DNA of 64,000 nucleotides from NCBI GenBank assembly GCA_040954595.2, contig CM082579.2:2534345-2598344 (forward strand), in the 5' to 3' direction. Under the pieces are notes generated by a model that worked only from the letters and a program-made list of their open reading frames with translations, was not told the DNA's origin and searched no databases. This stretch comes from Balanoglossus misakiensis. Its lineage: Eukaryota > Animalia > Hemichordata. How positions within the stretch are numbered: the first letter of the stretch is position 1; each line of letters begins with the position of its first letter. Made by a program: the position numbers and the translations under genes. Below are positions 53,668 through 64,000 of this stretch, piece after piece.

Positions 53668-55580
53668 ATCGCAAATTTCACACACAGGTTTCATGTACCT
53701 TTAGGTAGGTCAAAGGTTGAAGGTTGCAACAGTAGAAAGTGACCCCCAGAATACAAGCTTCTGATTGGCTGCTGACTCTGTACTTGTTTCCACCAGTTAG
53801 TCAATTGATTTTCATGTTTTTTTGTTGTTGTTTTTTATTCAATTATGTTGACTTCACTGACAAAATGTTCTTTAAACTATGTCAGCCTAAAACGAAAAAC
53901 TTTCCACTAATATTTTTGTATGAATATTTTGCGTAGAGTTTCATATCTTTTTGCTGTGTCTATTTGCCATTGCCATGGCTGTAAAACTGATTTCTTTTGA
54001 CATTCACACCAGAACTGTTGCAAAAGAGTGCTTTCAGTACATTTGAAACTTATTTGTGTGTGCAAAAATAACTCACTTGTTGGTAAATTTAATGAATATT
54101 TACTTGAGACGTATTTTATGAATTGGAAGCAAATTGTATATTATAATATTTTCCATAATCATGGAACCACAAATTTCATAAGATTCACAGGGTGTAACCT
54201 TTGACCCCACATATGAGCCAAATCAAAATCAAAATTAATGGAAAGGAATTAAACTGATCTTTTATACTCAGTATAATATTAAATGTTGCAGATTTGACGC
54301 AAATTGGAACCTATTTTGCATATTTTAATAATCCACCTGGTTTTCATTTCAAAGTGTCACTTCTATGTGTTTGTGTTGGTGATGTACTTGCCTGCTGCTA
54401 ATATATCTCAGGACATACCATCGTCAAACACCTTGTGGTTTTCAAATGGTAGAAGCTGTAACTATGCAGACATACAATGAAACAACACTTACAAAGAATG
54501 CTTGAAATGAACATGAGCAGTCATCTTTGAACTTTAAAGGTGTTCTGCTTCAATATCTGGAACGTCTTTTTTTAATGAATTTGATAAAATCATGAATATT
54601 ATCATTGAATTAGATTCTGATAAGACTATTAATATTATTCTCACCAGGAATTTATTGAATTCCATCTATGTGATAATTCTAGATTGTGCAATTAAATATA
54701 TCAAACAGTGCAAGATATCAAATCAGTTGATATGAGGTATGGAATGTACTTTTCCATGAAATTATTGTGAAATGAACATGATATTCATAGAACTGAAAGT
54801 CTTGTAAAATTTGACAGATTTTGCAAAGTGTAATATCTAACTTGCCAAATAAATCCTTGATTTTAAAAATAGACGTATACTACCCATATTTTGATCTCGC
54901 GCACAGATTGCTATGATACTGCATCTTCCTGTTTCCCTGACAACAATTTGTGTCGAATAGAAAACCATTCTCCTCGAGGGACAAAAACTCAGGCTATAAC
55001 AGTACATATACTGCCAATAGCATTCAAGTGACAATAACGATGACAGTACGCAATTTAACACGACTTCTTCATTCGGCTTGCAAAGAAAAGGGCAAGAACG
55101 TGATCTGAAATCTCCCAGGGGCACTTTTTTCCTTTCCAAATCAAACATAATTATTACTGGATACATTCAGTACTGCATCCATCGGTGTGCACATTGATTG
55201 TATTCAAATTCTCTTCAGGGGTCAAGGATCCGGAATAAACTTAATCAAATCTCGCTTCTGCTGTCCATGATCAAATCAGCCGGAGTGTTGGTAATCAGTA
55301 AATCTTAGCGCTTGTACAATAACTATTTTTCATCAATCAGACAGGTGACAGGGGACTTGATTGGGATTGTCCCCTGAAATGGCACGACGTTTTGTGTTGG
55401 CCGCAGTTAACCAGTGACGAGTGTGACAGAAACGTCAGGGAATAAATCAGAAATCGGTTCGATGCTCAAAAGCAGCCAACCATAAAAAGTGCACACCAAG
55501 ATCCAGCCAATCTTTTCTTTTGTACTAAAATGATTTTCATTGGGTCTTCAAATTACTCACAGTACAAGGGCTACATTTGT

Positions 55581-55783
55581 TTACATACATACATACATAC
55601 ATGTACATACATACCGGTACATACATACATACATACATACATACATACATACATACATACATACATACATACATACATACATACATACATACACACATAC
55701 ATACATACATACATACATACATACATACATACATACATACATACATACATACATACATACATACATACATACATACATACATA
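55581..55783 (+). repeat. (TACA)n tetranucleotide microsatellite, ~200 bp
   Basis: About 50 TACA units with a few interruptions; source of the spurious YIHT/MYVC ORFs. Confidence 0.99.
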
Positions 55784-58700
55784 ACTGTACTACATGTAGT
55801 AAGTTATCTCAAAGCATACTGATTGTATTAGTAACGACTTCGGGTGTTGGTTTTATCAAATGTCTGGTATAAAAAGGCTGGTCGGCGACAAGACGGCATC
55901 ACTAGACATTGCGTCTCCATCGACAGGTATATTTGAAATGTGGCGACGTTACCACTAACCGTGCTGCTCTACCATTTACCGACAAACTGGCAGACATTCT
56001 GTAGATTACAGGGTTTAGTACTTTCTTCATTCATGGGCCTAGCGTAACAGGTTAAAACGAGTCAATGGAAGGTACTGTCGTCTCTGGCGGCGACGCCTGA
56101 AGAATAAATATTTAAGTCGGCGTGAAGCACTTCAAAAACACTCGTATTTTGCACTTTTTATAGGTCATCCTTCCTCTGTAATTGATCAAGATACTTCTGT
56201 CTTTCACCGACTGTTTGTCGGTAAGCTTGACAGAACTTTTAGACGCTGAGGGTAGTTTGGTTATAAAATTTAAAGCAAAAATGAAAAAAATGATTTGAAA
56301 AAAATAATGGGAGAGTTCCTTCGTGTGCTTTATATCAAATAATAATCGTATAATTTACATTAACACAGAATTTTCATTTTTCACAACAAAATGACATAAG
56401 TGTACTTTGTTTGTTTGCTTTGGTATTCCTATATACTAGTAGTACTCTGTGCTCTTTTTGACAGGATATGATGTGTTTTTGTGAGGGATTAGTCAACTGG
56501 GATTTCTCACAAATAGTGTGTCGTCTTACATGCCAGTAAACTCAAAGTTATTCCAAGAAAAAAGTGTTAAAATTGAATTAGACGCAAAGTACATGGATCA
56601 ACGATGACTCAGACACTGAAATGTAACAACTCCGTTTGTCTGACGCCTTATTCGTTCATGGCGGATAATCCCCTTTGCAGAACCAGTTCCATGTGCCGAC
56701 AAAGAGATTGGCATTACACTAACACTGCTTCAATAACGGCTTTTGTTAGTGAATTGGAACGGCGATGCAGATTGCTGTAATTCCATAATATTCCAGGCGC
56801 GCCGTGTGCGATTAATTCTTATGAAATTAACACCACACTCGGTACATTTCACACATTTTTTGCCCCTTTGGTCAGTCAGCCAGCACTGCGTCTGTGTGTT
56901 TATAAATTATTAGATCATACCGCATACAGATACCTTAAACTGCATGCATTTTTGCTGAGCAATTTGGTGTATTTTAATGTTGCTACTGTTAAGATCAAGT
57001 ATTGCCTTCTGTCCTGGTCTACCAGGGAGTATGATTTCCAAATGCATCGGTTTTCCATCGATTTTATACTAGGATTACAAAGTGTAATCGCAACACTGCA
57101 AGATATTCGTAACTCGATGATTAAGAGCACATTTTCATATTTGCTGAAATTGGATCTCGGCTGAAAGAAACGTAATATTGGAGTAATGATCTCCTTATTA
57201 TTGACGCAAACTGCCAGCAAAAATGTAGGGTTTTAGAGTACAAATGTGCAGTTGCCATGGCTACGTTTATTAAAAGTTTATTATTGATGTTGGTTGCGCA
57301 CAAATTCCAGCAGTCAGTTCCTTCTCATTCTAGCTGTTACAGAGCTACATAAAATTTATCTCATCAATAACTCCAGTCAGGGAATCCAGTCATACTCATA
57401 TTGGCTATTAATTTTATTTTGACGCATGCGTCATGGTCACTTTTCCAGGGCGCCAAGAAAATTGGGACATAGCAACCGTTGTCACAAATGCGCAAGTCCC
57501 GCATCGTGAAAATTCGCTTACTCTAACTCGATCGAGAATTCTATTTCTGACCGAAATAAAACATTTTACTGTAAATGAAAGATGGCTGAATGGTGCTTTA
57601 ACTGTCCTTCTTGGTTGTCTACAACTGCTGCCAAAAACATTGGTAATTCAAAGACTTTGTTCCTGTTCATCAGTGTTCCCTCGAGTATCTCACTCAGGAT
57701 ACACGTAATATGTCCCACCACTTTTCTTTTCCCTGGGACAACAACCTGAAAAAAAAACGAGGAGCAATTTTCAAGTAACGGTAATCAGAGGCATTCAAAA
57801 GTCGAGACCGAATCCGCATAGGCCTAACTATTAAATAACACAAGACACTGCGTTCACTCGAGTCACGTGTACTTTCCTGATTGGTGCATTGGGGTAGTAA
57901 CACCTGCGGTATTTCAAACCGTTTCGGTAATAAAAATCAGAGGAGGAAAGACAGCCTGCGTTAAAATAATGTCGGTATTATCGGATAGCCTTCGGGTGGC
58001 TAGTGCCTGGAAATGTGATAAAGTTAACCACGCAGAATTGGCATTCGTCTTGTAGCACCTGCTTCAGCTCCTTGTAAAAGACTCTCTCTCGAATGATTCA
58101 TCCTCGGTCCGTTGTCCGCTGCCGGAATTTGCAACCTTATTCCATTATCTGCCACGTAAAAGGCGAATTAAAGCGTTTCGCCGGAAATTGCGATTTGAGC
58201 ATGTACGAAGGTAATTGTGCGCACTGCGATTCGTGAAATGAAGGCGAATTCGAATATTGGCATGACCGTGCCTCCAATCTTTTCTCTGGCACAAATGAGG
58301 TCGCCCAGAATGTTATATGTCGATTACCGTTTTGATAGCACAATGCAGTAGACAACATCTTAACAGTTTCCACCCAATCCAGGCGTATTCAACATTGCAC
58401 ATCAACTTTTAAAATAGCGCGTCATTTTCCCTTTTCACATTTTGGCCGATTTATAATTTCACTGGAGTCGAACCAAATGCATACAGACGTAAGACTTATT
58501 TGATTACATCACAGTCTGATAACAAAAATGTACGAAATGATACGCTTGTAAACTGAGGGAATCAATTTCGACTTCATAATATACTGAATGCAAAAGGGGG
58601 TCAAACTGCTCAATGGCATGACGATCTTTTTTTTCCCCTAAGAAAAGAAATTGATTAAATATCCTAATGTATTTAGTGGGGAAATATTCCAGTTAATTTA

Positions 58701-61700
58701 TCATGAATGTTTTATGGTGATAAATGCCCCTACTTCATCAACGGGCTTATGCTTCTATTTATGCGTTTATTTGAACTCTCGATACAATTTTGCATCCTAG
58801 TTTACTGTTATTAGAGTAGACTATATCTGCTAGTCGGGGGTCTATCTGCCCTTCGTCATATCAATGGTTTACGAGCACCGTTCTTATTTCAATCCCGGAT
58901 AGATAGGGTATTTGAAAAATACTTGGTCGTTTTGAAGGGAGAATTTTGTATCTTCTTGTTTGGTCTCTTCAACCCTCCGTATCAGATTTTATACTAAATG
59001 TTATTTAGTATTCAAATAAGCAATCTGGTTATTGATAGGAAGGAATTTCGGGGAAAACTCAATAATAAACGTGGTGTATATACATACATTGCTATGGACA
59101 TGACGCACTGACCAGCTCTTTTCCGTTTCGCCGTTTATTGGGCGTGTCTTTCCGCCACGCCCACGCCCACTTCCCCCCCCCCTCTTTCCCTGTGTCGATC
59201 TCTCTGGTTGTCTTTCTGTCTGCCTGTATGCCCGCCTGCCCTTGTCTCTGTAAATGAGTCTGTCTGTCTTACTTAGTATGTCGTTAAGATACATTTTCGG
59301 GGGTGACGTTGCATCACAAAAAGATGTGCACGATTATTCGAACTCTGCAGTTAAAGTATCGGGGCTACGGACTTGGAAAGTCATGTGCAAAACTGTCAAG
59401 AAAGTCACTCGGGTTTCGCGATTCCGATTGCCGGTTTACAGTTTACTTCTTATCAAGGGATTTAATCGTCAATCAGTGACAGTGAGTCACCATCTAGTAA
59501 TCTGTCACTATCATTTAACTCACTATTTGGTAAAAGAATGACCATAGCTTCAACGTTCTGCAACTGTATGCAACTTGCAGAGGTTTCTCGCTGTTGCCAA
59601 GGAAACTGCTAATTCTTTTATGGTCACGCCCTGTCATATACCTCACCATCCATTTTCATGTTACAAATAGTATATGTTTAAGAATGTTTAATAATTAAAT
59701 ATCTAAATATCCGAAAATTTAACGTGACAGTCTGTTTTAGGGTATAGTCATGTTTGAATGGTGTATTGTGTACAGGAAACATGTCTATAAAACTTTCTTG
59801 GAAGACAAATGAGGGTCGCGGTCGCGGTCAAGGTAATCGTTCACTGCTATCTGCTGTCGAGTTCTCGTCAATGTCTTCCACGTGACCTCATACCTAAAAA
59901 GGTCACGGGTTACTACCCTCATTTCTCACGTCAGGGATGACTCAGCCAAGTGAAGGTCATTTATCAGTGTGAACTGTTTTCTCTTCATGTATATAAACGT
60001 TTTTGTGTGCATGGAATCCTCACGACTCTCATCCAAGCCCTGTTCGATCCCAAAATTCATATGAAGTGCATGTGTGATAACTCCCTTTGACGATACCAAG
60101 TATTTTTGTGCAGTGGTGTTTTACCCTTCAAATTCTCACGTGATAAGAGTATCTCTAGCATGTTTCATCAAATTAAGAGCGGTAACTCTTGATTTATACT
60201 CACGCATTAATTAATTGCACGTCACATTCGTGAGGCCCTAATGACGCAAATTAGTCGTCGACTAACATGACACCGCTGCATGTAAATGTTTCGCAAAACA
60301 ATCATATGCCTGTCAGCTCAATATCTGCAGCAAGTTTCGTCAAATTGGGTACAACATATATGTTACTAAATGTATCTCTAATTACAAAAGTTCAGCAGTT
60401 TGCAGATAATTGACATGATACACACGATATCACTATAAGATTGTTATCTGTAGATGGTTTCATCAAATTTGGTGTAGTCAATCTGTACGTTCTGCCTCTA
60501 TTCCCCCTAACCAGTATTGCCATTAAATAGATGTCGGAACTAACTGTTAATGACCGCGACGGCTAAATCACCTGATTGTCTCAATGCGACTCAGTGTTAT
60601 TCTGTACCTGGCCTCGCGGTGATTGAAGTAGGAACAAGGGACTGCGCAGGACAAGCTATATATCTTTTAAGATCAAATTGAAAGACACCTGTGTGATTGT
60701 TAAAACCGTGACAAGGATATTGAGTTCGGGTTCACTGCGACTTTCTCCTTTTAAACTGTGCTGGTTTACCTTTTGACTACCGCATTGGCGAGTTAAAGTC
60801 ACCAGAGGACGGGGAGGTATACGCGTGCGTGTAAATGCGGATATCTCAGGCTGAGATCACAAGACACCATTTCCAGTTGTGCTCAAATATTGTAATTTAC
60901 ATATAATTGTTAATGCATTCCCCTTTACATTTGTGATAGTGACCGTAAAATTACTTAAATTGTTATAGAGCTCTATTCAGTGTTCGCAATCTCCAAATCG
61001 TTTTGCTGTTTGTTTCCAGCTCATCGGTGTTTTTTGCCAAACGGCACGCTTTTATACTTGACTAATACTTTGAACAGTTGAAGTAGGAAGCTTGCAAGAC
61101 TTGCCTAGGCCCTTGTTACGTAACCGTGCCATTAGATGATAATTCGGACACTTTCACCGGGGAAAGTTAGCAAGTTCGTGACATTTACTCAATCCGAATG
61201 GGTATTCTCTGACTTTCTCCGATTGCATTGTCGCTGTGATTCGAACCATGACCAATAAAGCCAAATGATGGTGTATTCACCGGGTCGGCGTATTTACCTC
61301 TCAATGAGGACTCGGGCGGATGGCCTTACCACAGCCATGATAGCCTTCCTTTGATGACAGCCCACACCCGTGAATCTAACATGTGACGTTGGCCATCTTA
61401 GCCTCTTTTTAAACGAGAAACGTTTATTATTATGTATTTGACATACATGTATATCGTTTTTATTTTCTTCGGAGTATGCTATAGTACTAGTATTATGTGT
61501 TTCTATATGGATATGCAGACAAGCTTACACATAACAAAATTTCTGAAGGAAAAGTGCATGTTTATTCCCCTTTTCTTGAGTCAACTAGAAAGTAAGCTTC
61601 CTGCACGAACAAAAAAAAATCAACACGGCTTGGGGCAATTTGGGAACGCGTAATTCAATATACATCCCACAGGTTAGGTCGCCACACTACCAAACTATGA

Positions 61701-62363
61701 GTTTATGGGCTACAAAACCGTGGGAGGCTAGGCTTGTGAAAATGCCGGTCGCTATTGGCAGTTTGTTACACCATGACGTGCATCTTGCGAATTAAACACC
61801 AAAGGGAAGAAACTCCCTTAGCAGATGCAGCTGACGTTTTCCTCAAGTGACTGAGCACTCTTTTTTTCCTTTTCAAAATCGATTGATCCGTTATCCATGT
61901 GCGTCTCAAAGTCCTCTCTACAGTGAAAGCTGAAGTGAACGTGACCCGATGAAAGACCATGTGGATTTTGCTTTGCGGTGGACTCAGCCTGAAGTTATTG
62001 AATTTTTTGACGGACGCTTTTTCAAAAGTAACTTTGTCGAACTTTTATTCACCACAGTGACACCAAACAAATTGGTTTTATGCATAGGCCTACTGGTACT
62101 TCGTGGTCTAAATTTGCTCCAAGTGAAAAGTTTCGGTTTCTTATTGGCCAAAAGTGCATAGGGCCTAAACCTCCGAATCTATGCTAATCTATTTAGGTTT
62201 TCTCTGCAGACTTTTGTTTATTCTCGCTTGCATGTGTTCAAAGTAAAAGTGTCTAGTAAACAAAATAACGCTCACTGACAGGCCATCAGCCGTTGTCTCA
62301 ACCGAAACCCCACCCACGCCTGCACCACCCCAGGCATTGTGTATGACCGAAGGTGTCAAATTG

Positions 62364-62426
62364 CAGACTTGGTGTCGCCGTATACATGACGTCACGGCAC
62401 TTCTGCGCATCGGCGCCGAGACAGAC
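62364..62426. promoter_or_regulatory. Candidate BMP-Smad response module upstream of Smad1/5/9
   Basis: Minus-strand GGCGAC-ACCAA-GTCTG (62364-62379) matches GRCGNC(N5)GTCTG. A CRE (TGACGTCA) lies at 62387-62394 and GGCGCC-GAGAC-AGAC at 62412-62426. Confidence 0.45.
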
Positions 62427-63615
62427 TGACGAATCACTGCGTTCATGTTGAATATACCTTCACCAAATCAAACTCTGAAACATAGTTCAAAAAGCCGCTG
62501 TGCCCCAAACCAAAGGAAGAATTATTGATTGACGGACTGTAAGATTATTTTATCAGTGACTTTTCGCCATATCACGAAATTTTATTTGCGGAATTTGCCC
62601 ATGTTTTGGCACCAAAAAGTAGTCCGCAGTATTAGGCCTAATTAATTGGTTGCGGAATGCTATCGGACTGCTATGATAGTAAAGCGGTCGTTCGCCTAAG
62701 TGTCGCCAGTATTCTGTAGTAGTTGTGAAAACCCGAAGATTGGAATTTTTCATGGAAAATCATCTTGCACCGCTTTCCTCTTCCCAGTTGCCGTAGTTTC
62801 ATTATCAGACGTTATCCGAGTGTCACTGCCAAGTGTAAGGTAAGCTTCAGACTGCAGTTAGGAATTCTTCTCGGCGGTTTCCGACTCGAAATTTGAGTCA
62901 TTGAATGGACGACGCCATGTTGACTGTATTTGTAGGGTTGCTATTCATACATCGGTCTGGCTCTGTGTAAGTAGTGCCTGCCTGGAGCAGAAGCCCTGAC
63001 TTCTCCTTTCGCTAGCCGTCGGTTTCGCCGTTATTCTGGTCCCCGGAGACACTGAGGTGACATAAATTTATCTGAGGTAATATCTGAACCCAGCAATTTC
63101 TGCATTTTTGCCCATGTCTGATGTTACACGCTCAATATTCGAAGCCATACAATCGCTCGGGCGAAGGTCTCAAACCTGGCGGCCATCTTGGATTTGGCAT
63201 GTTGCCATCCCACTTCCGAATGTTGGATGCCCTTCCGGTAAATTGTCTGGTGTATAACCTATACCGTGGATGTAATTACGCAGTGATCTGCAGACATATA
63301 GTAAATACATTCCACGGACAAAGTAATTATCACTCTTACGACAGTGATCCATTCAATCTTTATGAAATCCAGTGCCTAAACTCAACCAGTGTTGTGCGTC
63401 TCAAGTATTTGCACATAAGTAAGACTGAAATTGACAGCAGCGATAGAGATCTGATGTTTGAGTCTCATCAGATATATCTTTTCTGTTTCAGGTCAACACA
63501 TTCATCATCTCGATGCTTTGTTAGATACCACTACCAACCACACCTTGGAAGAGGACGCAGAACATTGTGTTGGGGAAAATTTGTTCACATCAGTATTCTC
63601 CGACCTGCTGCTTGA

Positions 63616-64000
<385 letters not shown>

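Noticed and set aside
55530-55872. Several ORFs with YIHT/MYVC repeats
   Set aside because: Translation artefacts of the (TACA)n microsatellite. Not CRISPR-like either, since there are no spacers.
60120-60480. Recurrent GTTTC(A/G)TCAAATT motifs suggesting an old non-autonomous repeat
   Set aside because: No termini or consistent unit length could be defined by eye, so it was not called as an element.

Overview
Eukaryotic genomic DNA with spliceosomal GT-AG introns and AT-rich intergenic sequence, most consistent with an invertebrate animal (a non-vertebrate deuterostome is plausible, but this is inference). From left to right: (1) a 5'-truncated Penelope-like retroelement on the minus strand (linker + GIY-YIG endonuclease) whose 3' region carries a minimal hammerhead ribozyme; it appears to sit in an intron of (2) an anion-selective Cys-loop receptor subunit, of which the last three coding exons are present; (3) a complete ~1.5-kb Helentron-type non-autonomous element (HINE); (4) an intronless class A GPCR lacking the canonical TM3-ECL2 disulfide; (5) ~28 kb with no recognisable protein-coding exon and one tRNA-Val(AAC); (6) a two-exon BTB-BACK-Kelch gene; (7) EXOSC8 (11 exons, minus) head-to-head with ALG5 (10 exons, plus), 194 bp apart; (8) the start of Smad1/5/9, which runs off the window. 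The EXOSC8<->ALG5->Smad order matches human EXOSC8/ALG5/SMAD9. A cluster of BMP-Smad response motifs lies just upstream of the Smad gene. I found no wholly new multi-gene system. The best leads are the ribozyme-bearing chimeric Penelope copy, the conserved microsynteny with a candidate BMP autoregulatory element, and the atypical GPCR. All coordinates were read by hand.
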